From positions 248,001-312,000 of the forward strand of contig MU626261.1 in assembly GCA_025603075.1 (NCBI GenBank): a DNA stretch of 64,000 nucleotides. The letters run 5' to 3'. Positions within the stretch are counted from its first letter, which is position 1. Each line of letters starts with the position of its first letter. The translations under genes and the position numbers were made by a program. The DNA comes from Neoconidiobolus thromboides FSU 785 (Eukaryota; Fungi; Entomophthoromycota). The notes below the pieces were generated by a model, which saw nothing but the letters and a program-made list of their open reading frames with translations, was not told the origin of the DNA and made no database searches. Shown here in pieces: positions 26,340-39,515 of the stretch.

Positions 26340-26989
26340 CTCTTTTATAACTAATAAGATTACACTTTCCCCCAGCATTGAAACCAAATAACCCAAACAC
26401 TATCAAAGTGTCAATCTCGCAACCCAATGTGGTTCGATGATTTTTAATCAAACTTACACACCTTTGGGAATTCCACTTCTAGTGGTTATAGGGAATTGAA
26501 TTACTTCATGTTGATAAAAATTGTTCTCATCTAGTCTACACTCAATAAAACTAATTTAATAACATCGATACATTGGTCTAAAATAATGGAAGCCAATATC
26601 ATATTTAATTAAAATATGACAAAAAGACATTAGTACCTTATTCTTATGCCAACTTCATTTCTCCCTTCATACCTAGGTTAATTAGAACCTCTTTAAGATC
26701 AAAATCCACTTTAAAACCAAAAATTTTAAATTAGTCTTAAGTTCAACTGTAACATTATATAAAATAACTGATCTATGTCTTCGGAGTTATAAATGTTTAA
26801 AAGACTGGATTTCATTGGTATATTGTACTCTTCTTTACATTAACTCGTTAAAAATTCTGAAAGCCTGTGCTCTTTGTTAAGACTTTTTATTTCTGTCATA
26901 TATAAGGATTTGAATATCATATCCCCACTGCTTACCAGAGCTTTGTAAATAAAAGTGACTATCAACTAAACACTGTATTCGATTTTCAT
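26340..26989 (-). pseudogene. Decayed paralogue (P2) of the secreted-type family at 15540-16267
   Basis: MKIEYSV*LIVTFIYKALVSSG..FKSLYMTEI..EEYNIPMKSSLL..TVELKTN..GFKVDFDL..IGFHYFRPMY..VIQFPITTRSGIPKGV, with several stops and frameshifts. The 3' limit is approximate. Confidence 0.7.
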
Positions 26990-27038
26990 GCCTATATGTA
27001 TTCTGTAATAGCAGTCAAGCCGTTTTATTTTAATATAT

Positions 27039-27136
27039 GAGGTTGTATTTTTGTGTTTATGAATTTTACCAACAAATTTTCCGCTCAAATAGTGTTTAAA
27101 AAATAGAAAAAGTAATGAAGCCAAAAAAACATCCCC
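27039..27136 (+). mobile_element. MITE copy k
   Basis: GAGGTTGTATTTTTGTGTTT..CGCTCAAATAGTGTTTAAAA..ATGAAGCCAAAAAAACATCCCC; flanks ATAT/ATAT. Confidence 0.9.
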
Positions 27137-27289
27137 ATATGATAAATATTTTTTTGCCTTTTACACTACTTTTGCATAAATATTAGTTGATAAAGTTACT
27201 GTTTAAAGATGATTTATTAACTTAATACAATATATAAACTATCATTAGTAAAAGAACTTTTTGTATAAACATTTGATTAAAAGTTATAT

Positions 27290-27385
27290 AGGGATGTATT
27301 TTTTGTTTAAGAATTTTACTAGCAACTTTTCCACTTAAATAGCGCTGTAAAAATGAAAAAAGTGATGAAACCAAAAAAAACCCTC
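27290..27385 (+). mobile_element. MITE copy l
   Basis: AGGGATGTATTTTTTGTTTAAG..CCACTTAAATAGCGCTG..ATGAAACCAAAAAAAACCCTC; flanks ATAT/ATAT. Confidence 0.88.
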
Positions 27386-27920
27386 ATATTTTATAAGGAA
27401 ATAAAAAAACTCAAGTTAAATATAAAACTAAAGTTGATAGTGCTTTTAAGCTATTTCTTTAAATAATATTTATTAAAGATAATCAAATATTTAGTAGCTC
27501 TCTACATCCTTCCTCTTCCATTATAAAGATCTTGAAACCAATATACGAACTAATATTAAAATCGATAATAAAATTAGTATCAAAATTGACGCTAGCTAGT
27601 AAATATATGAAATATCTATTAAACTATTATTCCATATGTAGTTCATCATCTTATAACAGTTTATGGCTAAAGCATTACTTACCATGATAAAAAATAATAT
27701 ATTAAACTTCACGGTTTAATAAAAACATAATAAAATATTTAATTGTCAAAATTAATAACTAGACCCTTAAATAATACTAATAATAAAGGTTTTTAATAAA
27801 ATGATAAAAGTTGCTAGCATAAGCATGGTTTATCCTTTCCTAAACTAATGATGTCAGTATAGTCTTAATTAAGGATTCCTAATTTTGATTTAACGCTTTT
27901 TGTAAAAAATATAATAAAGT

Positions 27921-28017
27921 GAGAATATATTTTTGTGTTTAGGAATCTTACTAACATTTTTTCGCTTAAATAGGCGCTTAAAAGATGAAAGAAGTGATGA
28001 AGCCAAAAAAGCACCCT
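27921..28017 (+). mobile_element. MITE copy m
   Basis: GAGAATATATTTTTGTGTTTAGG..CGCTTAAATAGGCGCTTAAAA..ATGAAGCCAAAAAAGCACCCT; flanks AAGT/AAAT. Confidence 0.82.
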
Positions 28018-29017
28018 AAATGATATTTTTGTGGTTATAAACGGGTTTAACAATAAGATCATTGTTTTATTTCAATATTGAAAATGAAGGATATCAATAA
28101 TCCCCTATGAAAAGGAGCTATAAAAGTATGTTTTAGATTATTAAAAAGATTATCGTTTTTATATATTGCTTGTAACACCTCCACTTTTGTTTTAGTTTTT
28201 TGATTTTAATTTTAAGTTTGGAAGTTTTTGCTATTTTAAAATACATTTTCAATCAATCTTCAAATTATGGCTAAAAAAGATGTTTTAATAAACAAGATCA
28301 TCAGAGTGGTAGGTCTGGTTGCCTAATAAAATAGGAAATAAGTTTATTTGTAATGAAAATTTCGATTGCTGAAAATTTGATGTTTGTTAACTTAAAAACA
28401 AACGCAAATTTGATTATTTTTGTCATTTTGCTCTAAATGCTTGTATAGCTTTTTTCATCTTTAATGACGATAGTTGTTTAATTATTTTATTCTTTCGAGA
28501 ACAATCAATGACTAAAATATTTATTCTTTTATTTTGTAAAATGAGCTAATATTAAATTAATGGTAAAGTTACAAAACTCTCGAATTTATTGTTGTTATAC
28601 TATAGAAACTTATCTCTCATTGCTAAAAAATAAGCAATAGGAGTTTCAATTTCATAATTTTAACTTTACATTTGAATATTCAAATTCTAAAAAAATCTAA
28701 AAATCATTGTGGTGTCTTATTTTTAAGTTATAATGATTTCCCCTGACTTATCTTATAATCTAGAATAACTCATATGGAATTCAACACCAAAGTATTCTTT
28801 GGATTCCAATAAAATCGATGGGAAATAAATGAAAGTTAGAAACAATAAAAAATCAATTGCAACAATCTTAGTAATACAACTTAATGCTTATATACAAAAA
28901 ATAGAAATTTATTCTAAAATGCCTCAATTTCATGATTTAATCTTTCATTTTCAAATATGCATTTTATTTTCATAAAAAATAAACTTTATTTTGCTTTGCT
29001 TTTATCACTTCTATCAA

Positions 29018-30691
29018 ATGGACTATAGTTTAGTTTCTTGTGACCGGTGTTTTTCTTATCATCGTAAATGTGATCGTTTAATATCTGGATGCTATCAATG
29101 TAATCGCTTGAATTTAGAATGTACTTATATAAGAAAGCGAGACAAAAAGAAAAGTAAAATTCCATTGTATAAAGATAGTCAAAATAATCAACTTCAAGTA
29201 TTTTATATACCACCAAAAAAAGGGATCAATTTAATCTTAAAGGAACCTATATATGATAATTTCAAAGCCAATATTTATAAGTATTTTTATTTAATGAAGT
29301 GCCCCATTAACATTGCTTCTAACTTTTTAAACCTATCGAATCTTAAACCAATTCAGTTAGTTGCTTTACACCAGCATTTAAATAAGATAAAGGGAATGGG
29401 AGGAGGTGCTTCAAAGACACAGAAAGAAATTACCATCCCTTATATGCCAAGTCAAAAAGATATTCAAAACTTATTATTTTCTGCTGAAGAACAATATTTT
29501 TTATTCATTAACCCAGTTATTCCCTTATTTTTACGTTCTAATCTACAATTTAAAAAGCGAGATCCATTATTACGATTTGTTATATGGATACGGGGATTAC
29601 AAATATTAAAGATAACAAAAGCAACAAAATGGCTGTTAGATCAACTGATACCAATATTAATGGATAAAGTGAAGTTAAGCCGTATTAAACCAAGTTTATC
29701 TTCTATACAAATATTAGTTATCTGTTATTATACTGCTAGATGGACCAAAATAAAGGGTACTAATGTAACAAACTATTTAGAAATTGCATTAAGCATGTGT
29801 TATCAGCTGGGATTTCATATGCCATTGTCCAATAAGGTACAATATAGACATACTAACGTTGAGATCGAAAGATTTTTAGCATTTAATACTATATTAAAGT
29901 TAAGTGGATTTTTGAATTTAAGCTTGAATTATTCTGTATACAATGTAATACCTATTCCTCCCACTGTTAGTAAAAAAAAGTTACAGCTGTGTTGTTATGA
30001 TCGATTGGTAATACAAATAAGCTTATATTATAATCAAATCTATAAATCCATTCAAAGTATAAGCAAAAAACGAGCTGCTAGTTGTATCAGAGATAATAAA
30101 ACGAATAAAGAAATTCAAGAAATATTTAATATACAAAACAGTTTAGATACTTCCTATCGAAATGTATTTAAAAAAATCAATTTAATTCATAATAAGTTTA
30201 TTAATAGTCATCACTCTACTACTCTTGTAAACAATAATACCAATAATAATAACTTACAAAAATGGGAGCAATTATTCTTTGGTCAGATCGGATGTCTTAT
30301 TAATTACTTACATATTTATCATCAGACAATTAAATTATTCGGATACAAGTCGAACTATAAGCATTCTAAAGATTCCCTCCATATGGCATACGAGATCGAA
30401 ACTTGTAGTTTAAAGATCCTTGACTCTGCTTTAGGTTTGGGTCCTTATCAAACAGTATCAGTGATGATTTATTCAATAACAACTTCTTTATCTCAATTGA
30501 AATGTTTGAAAACGTTCAATATGTTAAAATGTTCCATTGAGGTAGTAGACCATCTTGATGACTGTGTTAAGGGAATTTTAAAACATAATAAGAGTTTGAT
30601 TTGCCATCCAGTATTGTTGTTTTATTTTTCATTAGCATTAGGAGATATCAAAGCAATTAAATGGGCGTGGCCAGCTAGTTTGGAGAAATAG
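29018..30691 (+). CDS. Zn(II)2Cys6 transcription factor with fungal TF middle region
   Basis: MDYSLVSCDRCFSYHRKCDRLISGCYQCNRLNLECTY = C-x2-C-x6-C-x6-C-x2-C-x6-C; YFLFINPVIPLF; ALSMCYQLGFH. Intronless. Confidence 0.88.
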   Translation: MDYSLVSCDRCFSYHRKCDRLISGCYQCNRLNLECTYIRKRDKKKSKIPLYKDSQNNQLQVFYIPPKKGINLILKEPIYDNFKANIYKYFYLMKCPINIASNFLNLSNLKPIQLVALHQHLNKIKGMGGGASKTQKEITIPYMPSQKDIQNLLFSAEEQYFLFINPVIPLFLRSNLQFKKRDPLLRFVIWIRGLQILKITKATKWLLDQLIPILMDKVKLSRIKPSLSSIQILVICYYTARWTKIKGTNVTNYLEIALSMCYQLGFHMPLSNKVQYRHTNVEIERFLAFNTILKLSGFLNLSLNYSVYNVIPIPPTVSKKKLQLCCYDRLVIQISLYYNQIYKSIQSISKKRAASCIRDNKTNKEIQEIFNIQNSLDTSYRNVFKKINLIHNKFINSHHSTTLVNNNTNNNNLQKWEQLFFGQIGCLINYLHIYHQTIKLFGYKSNYKHSKDSLHMAYEIETCSLKILDSALGLGPYQTVSVMIYSITTSLSQLKCLKTFNMLKCSIEVVDHLDDCVKGILKHNKSLICHPVLLFYFSLALGDIKAIKWAWPASLEK

Positions 30692-31082
30692 TTGAAGGTA
30701 TGGTGTAAAAATGTGCTTTTGTTTTTTATTATTTTATTTTTTTATATAGTAAAAATATATTTATGAATTTTATTGTAACTATTTTGTTTTTATTCTATTT
30801 TTTATTTTTCTTGTACTAAAAGTTTATAAGAGGTTACTCGAGGTAAAATTTTATTGGTGGAGTTAATTAACAGAAAAGATATTAATGGAAAAAATAAATT
30901 GAAGTTAAAATTTATTAACCTTACTATTTTATCTTTTTAATAAAAATATTATCAATTAATTAAAAATAAAAGCAATAAACAAAAAATTAGAACATCGACT
31001 TATTTTAGCATTATTATTATAAAACAGATAAGCATCGGCACAAATATCAAACCTTGCATTTAAAACTTAGTAAATCAAAGTC

Positions 31083-34000
31083 ATGGATTCATGTCCAGTA
31101 AGGTAAGCCAATATCTCGCTTTCTCAAAACACTTTAGACAGATCCTGCTTTTAGAGTAGCATTGCGTGTGCGCCCTTTAAGCAACAAAGAAAATTCCGAA
31201 GGAAGTGTATCTTGCGTATCCTTCATCCCAAATTCCAGTCAAATAGTAGTTGGCTCAGATAGGTCGTTTACGTTTGACTATGTCTTTAGTCCAGAAACAG
31301 AACAGGAAACAGTATATAGGAGTTCAGCTCAACCCTTGGTAGATAAGCTTATGGATGGGTAAATTAAGATAAATTTATATAGATATTTAAGATTAATCTT
31401 GTTTTATTATTATTAATATTTAGATTCAATACCACAATCTTTGCTTATGGGTAAGTTTTTAGATTTATTATTATTATTATTACTTTACTGATCCTCTTTT
31501 TAGTCAGGTAAAAAAATAATATATATATAGAAAACAGTTGCTAAATCAAAATTCTCCTGATAGACAGGCAGTGGTAAAACATTCAGTATGGGTACAAGCG
31601 TCGATTATTCGGATGCCCCAGAAAATCAAGGTGAAAATTTTATTCGTTAGATTCCACTCAAAATTCTCAATTTAATCCTATTTTAGGTATTGTTCCCCGA
31701 GCCGTCCATAACATCTTTGAAATCATTCGCGCGCGTCATAAAGAATCTTCACATTACAAATGTGAAGTGTTAATTACCTTTTTAGAATTGTATAATGAAG
31801 AATTAATTGATTTACTTGCGCCCAATCCTACTCCTAGCCGCCCAAGCGGTAGTCGACCCAACTCTTATCATTCAGTAAAAGGCCCAACAATCCGTGAAGA
31901 TCCTCAAGGAGGTATCTATTGGAAAGGAGTAACTGAAGTAGTTGTTGAAGACCCTAATGAAGTATTGGATTATTTATATAAAGGATTAATAGGGCGTACT
32001 ACAGCAAGTACCGAAATGAATGCAACCTCTTCAAGATCCCATGCCATTTTTTCAATTACTATAAAACAAGACATTGAAGAAGAGGAAGTATTTACAAATG
32101 ATAATGAAACAGAAGTCATGTCAGAGAATTTAGATAACGCTCCTATTGTTAAACATTTAGTATCAAAATTTCATTTTGTGGATTTAGCAGGTTCAGAGAG
32201 GTTAAAGAGAACTCAAGCCATCGGCGGTAGAGCTAAAGAGGGTATATCTATCAATGCAGGTCTATTAGCATTAGGCAATGTGATCAGTGCCCTAGGAGAT
32301 GAAACTAGAAAAAGTTCCCATATCCCTTATAGAGATAGCAAATTAACTAGATTACTTCAGGATTCTATTGGTGGCAATAGTCAGACCCTGATGTTGGCAT
32401 GTATTTCACCATCCGATTCTAATTTTTTAGAAACATTAAATACACTAAAATATGCTAATAGAGCGAGGAATATCAAAAACAGAGTCCAAGTGAATTCAGG
32501 GGTATCGAATCCAACAGAAGAAATTAATAGATTAAAGAATGAAGTTAATAAATTAAGAATGCAGTTACAAATACATAATTCAAACTCTCATTTGGGGATT
32601 GAGAATGGCCATACTTCAGTTATAAAAGATATGGAACAAATCAAAAAATTAGAGAGAAGAATCATTGAATTAACAGAAGAAGTGGTCTCCATACAAACAG
32701 ATCGAGATCTATTGATATTGAAGATGGCCAAGGATTATGGGGTTGAGGGGAAGGAATTATTAGATGGAGTAGAAATCATGAATTATGCGGAAGAAATATT
32801 GACTTTAAGACAACAACTAGAGGCTTATGAATTAGCTTTTGAGACAACTATATTTTCTAAGAAAACGAAAGGGAGGATTGGGAATACGAACAATAGATTG
32901 AAGCAGGGAGATAAGGTGGTAAATGGGGCAGATGATTATGACAGTAATCTGTCTGATATTAATGGGGACTCTAAAGCTTTAAATCAAGAACTGGATGAAA
33001 TTACACTTAATCTATCTAGATTACAGATGAACAATGGTACGGAAGATAGTAACAGTGATGGTAATTATAATTCTGATAATCCAGGAATAAGTTATCGTCA
33101 ACCTCATTCGGTTAGTAGAGTAACGGTAAGTGTGATAATTAGATCATATATTAGTAAACCTAATTTGTCTATTTTCTTTTATTTAGGGCTTAAGATTAGA
33201 AAGTAGCAATAACACCAAATCCTTAAATAGCTCACCTACATTAACTAGATCTGAGCTAGGGGATAGTAATGAATTAGAAGGAAGTAAAATACAAAAATTA
33301 CAAACCAAGATAAAAGATTTACAGTATAAATTGAACTTACTCACTAGAGAAAAAGAAGATCTAAGTAAAAAATTGAATCATTTTAATGATCTTAAAGGTA
33401 AAGCTGGAGGTAGATTGAATAGGGTAAGAATAGATTACTTTTATGTTTTGTTTTATTTACTAATTGTTTTATTCAAACAGACCAATTCCGAACACACAGA
33501 ATCTTTAACCAGCCCTGAAGGATCCGTGAAAACAGTGAGTGATCCATCCACATTTAGATTAAAAGAAGAACTCGAACGAGTCATTAAAGAAAACAAAATG
33601 CTGAGTGAGCAAGTAAAGCGACTACGTGTTCAATCCACCAAAAAAGCAAGGGCTATTAGTCAATTAGCATTGAGAGATACCGTACCAAAGAAGCCAGTAT
33701 CTTCTTATCCCGATTTTAAAACATCACAAAAAAGTGTATCTGGATTGAGATCAGCTTATAAAAGACAATTACTAGAACAAGAAATCCAACAATTTTTATT
33801 AGGTAGAAGGGCAAGGAAGGTTCTCTTTGGCTTAAGGAAACAATTAGAAAAGTTACAAGTTGAACAAGTGGAATTAATGAACAAAAAAGAAGAAGTTATT
33901 AAAAATTTAGAAGATTATCAAGGGGATGAGGGTACAGAGGAGGAAGAAAAGATGCTAATGCTAATAGAAGAAATTAGCGAAAGATTACTGGAGATTGAGG

Positions 34001-34470
34001 TCGAAATGGATTATACTACTGCTAGGATAAAGAACCAAGAAAGTATAATAGAAGAAAAGATCAAGCCTCCAGAGCCTAATGAAGATTTAAATCCATTATT
34101 AAGGGATGATCTTTTCGGCGAAAGTAACTATAGAGCTGCATTGAAAATCCTATATGAATTAGAACCTACTGAAATATATGGCATGTTAGAATTAATGCTA
34201 AGAGATTTAGTTATGTTAAAGATGAGCCAATTTGGATTAAAGAATAAGGTTAATGAGTTATCTGATAGTATTAAAAAGAAAGAATTGAAATTTGAATCTA
34301 TCCATAAAACTCTGAGGGTAATTACTATGAATTATGAGAGGAAGATACAAGAACTTAGATCTAAGGCGGATATAAGTGATAATGAACAGTTTGACCCATT
34401 TGCTAATAATTTGGATTCTGAGTTTGAAGAATCTGAAGTGGAACTACAGGAACAAGATTTAGTGATTTAA
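31083..34470 (+). CDS. Kinesin-4 family motor (KIF4/KIF21/KIF27-like) with coiled-coil tail
   Basis: VRVALRVRP, FTFDYVF, P-loop YGQTGSGKT (built with a microexon), FLELYNEE, NATSSRSHAIF, KFHFVDLAGSER, HIPYRDSKLTRLLQDSIGGN. Confidence 0.92.
31504..31507 (+). other. 4-nt microexon (TCAG) in the kinesin P-loop
   Basis: TAT GG|gtaagt..ttttag|T CAG|gtaaaa..gatag|ACA GGC AGT GGT AAA ACA gives Y-G-Q-T-G-S-G-K-T. Skipping it shifts the frame. Confidence 0.85.
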
Positions 34471-34663
34471 TGAATAGGTAGGGATAGTATTGGAGTTATT
34501 TTTTAACTATGTATAAATTTAAAAATAATATGAAGTTGGTTAATAAAGTATAAGTATCTAATAATATACAATTGATTAGTTTCTTATTTTTTAAATATTT
34601 ATATCGGAATATATAAAAATTCACATTTGTTTTTTAATTCAAAAATCGATCTATTTTTATTTA

Positions 34664-36229
34664 TTATTCCCCTTGTTGTCCACCAGATTCAAGCAACTTT
34701 ATATAATCTTGAAGCTCTCCATTATCTAAAAATAACGTTATTAAAAGTAAAATAAGAAAATAGAATTCAATTTTACCAGGCTCCAATTCTAAAGCTTCAG
34801 TTAAATAATTTAAACCTTGAGCATAACTTTGAGCTATTTGTTCCAATTCTTCTTCATCTTTTTCATTCCCTTCGGTTTGTTTCGATAATAGTTTACTGTG
34901 CGTGATATAAGTTTGACCAAGCTAAAGAGAAATGTCAATAAAAGGTAAACGGAGAAAGGGCAAAGTAACGTTTAAACTTACTAAATTTAAAAGGTCAAAG
35001 TTAATCTCTTCAGCCTCCAATTGAGCTTCAAAGCTTACAATTACAAATTCTAAAAAAGGCTATAAAGAATCCCAAATTAAATAAAATGATTAAACTAACG
35101 TATAACAATCCGTTTACCTTCGTCACCTCTGGCTTCCCATTACCAACCCACTCATAAATTTTATAAACCAAAACATTTAAATCTATCACTTCTTTATTGA
35201 CAGGTAACTTTTCACTATTTGATAACGTTTCAAATATTGAAGATAGTTTTTTCAGTTGTGTTAAAATAAATTTTGTTTGGTACTTTTTGATCACCTTAAG
35301 CTGAAACAATGATAATAAAGAGTTCATTATTAAGGTTAATATTCCATAGATTTGAGTATTGCTACTATAGTCAGATTGATTTTTCATTTGTTTTTTCAAC
35401 TTTGTTAATTGATTAGTAAATTATCAATAATAACCATACTATTCACTTACCTCTTCTAAACCTTCATCAAAAACCTTCATTTCCTTAATGTTCTTTGGCA
35501 ATATACTTTTGTTATTCAACACTTTAACATTCTCCCCTTGTTCAATTGCACTCTCTTCTACTTCATAATCTGGGAAGTTTAACTTAGTATACTCTTTAAC
35601 CTCAAAATAAACCTAATAAAAGGTACCATTAATTACAATCAACCTTAACTTCATATGTATTATATAACTCTTACTTTGAAAAACTTTATCGCCACTTGTA
35701 ATAATTTCAATTCTATTTCCTTGTCAAACTTTTTAAGTTCATTAAAATCTATTTCTTCCACTTGTTCCTTTACTTCCAGCAATAAACCAAACTGTAACTT
35801 AATCAAAATAAAATAGACCACATTTTCCAACTTTTCTCTCTTCTCATTATCAAACTTTTCCATCCCAATTTCAAAAAGTTTAATCACTCTTCTTTTGTCC
35901 TCTTCATCTAATTTCTTCAAATTCAAACCCACAGTATCGTCATCCTGCTTCATAGTGCTCATGCCTTTAATCTGAGTTTGAAGGAATTGATAATATTCTA
36001 TGGATGACATATCTGAAGTTTGTATTTCTTTACCAGTTTTTGGATCTTGTAAAACAAGAGTATCGGTTTCTTCCATCTCTTCTTCACTTTCATCTGAGCT
36101 GCTCTCTGGTTTATAAGCAGCAGGCTTTAATTCGTGATTAAGTTTGGATTTTGGTTCAATGTTAGCCTTCTTTGAGCTTGGTGTAAGTGCCTTTGGGCTA
36201 CGTTTTAATATGTTCTTTTTGGGTGGCAT
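34664..36229 (-). CDS. Uncharacterised acidic alpha-helical (TPR-like) protein with basic N-terminus
   Basis: Track ORFs 35660-36229, 35028-35399 and 34664-34846 can be joined through GT-AG introns. C-terminal YAQGLNYLTEALELEP looks like a TPR helix. An Ett1/Nro1-like identity is possible but unsupported. Confidence 0.55.
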
Positions 36230-37543
36230 TATAGAGGTTGTGTTAAGAGAAATGAAAATGAGTTTTTGAAAAGAGTGAGATGATGCAAATTAAGAAATTT
36301 CATGAATTTCTATTTTTTTCGAAAAAACCGGGCTTTCAAGTTAAAATTGTTGTTGTGCAAATTATAAAAGCATAACAAACTTTTATAGTTATTGTGCATA
36401 TCATCAGATATCCTTTTGAGATATTTATCAGTTTTTTCAAATACCCAGTTTATTATCGTGAACTCATCCATTTACTCTCAACAATGTAGTTTAAATGTCA
36501 AAATATAGAGTGATATATTAATAGACTGCCAGTAATGGAAAGCATCCCAAAAACATAAAAATGATAGAAAATCAATCAATGAAATAAAATATGAATGAAA
36601 AATGAGAGAGATTTATTTTTAATAAATTAACATATTAGATTCATTATATGGGATATTGATTTGAATCGACTTATATTATGAAGTTGATGAAATGAACGAA
36701 ATAAATAAATTAAAGCTTAAAGATTTTAAGGGTTTATTGTTATTGTTGTTTTAAGGATGGCATATTGATACATATAACATAAAAATGCAATTGGAGCTAT
36801 AAATACTTTTTTGTATTTAATCTAGATAGAAATTAACAAAATTAGAAAGAGATGGTTTTTTATTTTATTCTTTATGGGCTTTTTTTAAACATTAAATTTT
36901 AAAAAGTAATCGAATTGAAACAAGCAAAAGATATCTTCTTTATTTACATATTATCTGCATTTAATTTATCAATTCTATTATAAATAATAGCCCGAAGAAA
37001 GTTGAACCTTGAGCTGGAATTAGTACATATAATAGAACGTATATATTTATTTTATTTTTATTTTTAATGTATGAATTTGATAAACTATTCAAATTCAACT
37101 GATTAAATAGCATAATTTTTAAAAGGGGGTGTTTAAACACTTATTTATAAAAGAATAAGTTTTAAACTTAAAGTTTCTCATAACTAAAATATAATAAATT
37201 TATTTTCATAATGTTCATATTAAATTGATAAATTAATTAGTCAGTTTTTATCATATAAGAAGTATAAATAAACTAATTTTAATTAAAACAACATCATACT
37301 TTAAAAACAGTTAAGAACTTAAGAGGAGAGTTAATGCTAATCCAAACTTCAAACGGTTAAAAAAAATTGTTATTATAAGTCTAGGTAAGGAACTAAGAGA
37401 GCGTTAAAAAAAAAGCATAAACGTACAGAAAAAAAATAGAGGTAAGAAAAAGCAAACTCAATTTATTAAATTTTATTCTTTTTTCACTACTATTCATATT
37501 TCAACTATACTATAAATACTCTTCAAATAGAACTCTTTAAGTA

Positions 37544-38943
37544 ATGTTAATTACCACTCAAAGAACAATTAGTAACTTTTATCGAAATATGGAAGTATTT
37601 GAACCCAGTTTACATTTAGCAAATATTCATCTGTATGACACCAAACTATTATTAAATTACAAAAATTATTTAAATTTATTGCCAAGAGAGTTGTTATTAG
37701 CCATTTTATTTTATTTAAATAAATTGGACTTATTTAATTTATCTTTAGTAATTATTGTTATTGCTTTCTATTATTTGTATTTATTTTTTCTAGGTCAATA
37801 AATATTTCAATAAACTTATTTATGATGGTACTTTATGGTGTACATTAGATTTAAGTAATGAATTACAATTTATGCCTTCGAGTATCTTTAGCAAAATAAT
37901 ACGCGAAGCAAGCTCTTATATTAAGGTATTAAGGCTAAGGTAATTTACAATAACCTCTCTTCTACCTTTACATGTACTTACTTTATACATATAGGAATTA
38001 CAATAATATCACTGAGAGTGTCATGAATTGTCTGATATCTAATTGTTTTAACCTTGAAGTAATAGATATAGCTGGATGTAATAGAATACGACAATCTCAA
38101 CTGGTACAATTATTAAAAAACAATACAAAGTTGCAACATCTAAATTTGAATGGATTGAATAAAATGGATTTAGAGTTGCAAAAATTGATTCAAACTAAAC
38201 AATTAATGAAGCTTAATTTAAGTTATTGTAAAATTCATCAATTATCTCAATTGAGTGAAAGTTTGATTTGTTTAAACTTATCGGGATTAGCGAATATTAC
38301 AGATGAGTTGTTAGAACACCTTCAAAATCTGGACGCATTAAAGAAGTTAAATTTAAATAATAACACATATTTAACTGATAATCATCTTCAGTTACTATTT
38401 AATAAGAAAACCCGATTCAAACTATCTCATTTAAGTTTAAAATATTTAAACCAACTTCAATTTTGTTTTAATAATATAATCAATTATCAAACAGAACTAA
38501 TACATTTAGATCTAACAGATACAAAGATAGCATATAATTTATTAAATCAATTGGTCATAAAACTAGTCCACTTACAATATTTTAGTTTAGACGGAATCAC
38601 CTACTGTGATGACAACATTATCCAACAATTAGTAAATTATCAAACTCAACTTGATACCTTACTATTAAACAATATCAATTTAGAAGACATAACTATTCAA
38701 AGATTAAAAAATATTAAATTAAAAAGGTTAGAGATTAATAACAATAAAAGGGTAACGAATCAATTGCTATTGAATTTGCCTATAACTCTATGTTATTTGG
38801 ATGTATTAGATTGCCCTAATTTAACTAGAGATGCGATTTATATTTTACCATTTTATTATCCTAAATTAAAGATTAATAGTGTGTTCGATAAGTTGACAAA
38901 TAGCAATCATGAGTATTCAATGTTTTCTTGTATACTTTTATAG
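37544..38943 (+). CDS. F-box/leucine-rich-repeat protein
   Basis: F-box LNLLPRELLLAILFYL..DLFNLSL|VNKYF, then LWCTLDLS and repeats such as LEVIDIAGCNRI, LNLSYC, LNLSGLANITD, LDVLDCPNLT. Confidence 0.85.
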
Positions 38944-39515
38944 AAGGGATTATAAAATGACCGGAGAGAATAAAGCATTTTTTGTTAGTTTGCTAAAGCT
39001 TTATTTTTTTGTTTTCTATATTGTTATCTGTTTGTTAATACCCAATTCTGTTAAACTTTACACCTTTTATTGAACAAGTCATTTATCGGACTATATTTTA
39101 GATAAAACCTCAATTAATTTACGCAGTCTTTAAAACTTGCTCGATTAAGGTTGTGTACAGATTTTAAAAAACTAGTTGAAGGTTAAATTCAGTTCTTATG
39201 TTTATACTCATTATTAGTGAACTTAAGGGGGTAGAAACGATTAAAATTAAAAAAATAGTTAAAAGTTAAATCAATGTTTTGCTAAAACAATCGAAAGGTT
39301 AATTTAAAAATTATTTATTACTAATCACATAAAAATTTTGCAGCCATAGAAAACCTGCATTACTATAATAATGAAATAAAGAGAAACTATAAATAGGTTG
39401 TGCTTATTTTAATAATTTTATCTTTTAACACTCCCTCAGCCAAGCTTTTTTTAGTTGAAATTTAATATAAAATAAAAAACTTTCAAAAATAAGAAAAATC
39501 AGATAAAAACAACAG

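Noticed and set aside
26114-27136. Composite (Pack-type) transposon formed by inverted copies j and k around pseudogene P2
   Set aside because: Each copy has its own matching TSD (AGAT/AGAT and ATAT/ATAT), indicating independent insertions; the outer flanks do not match.
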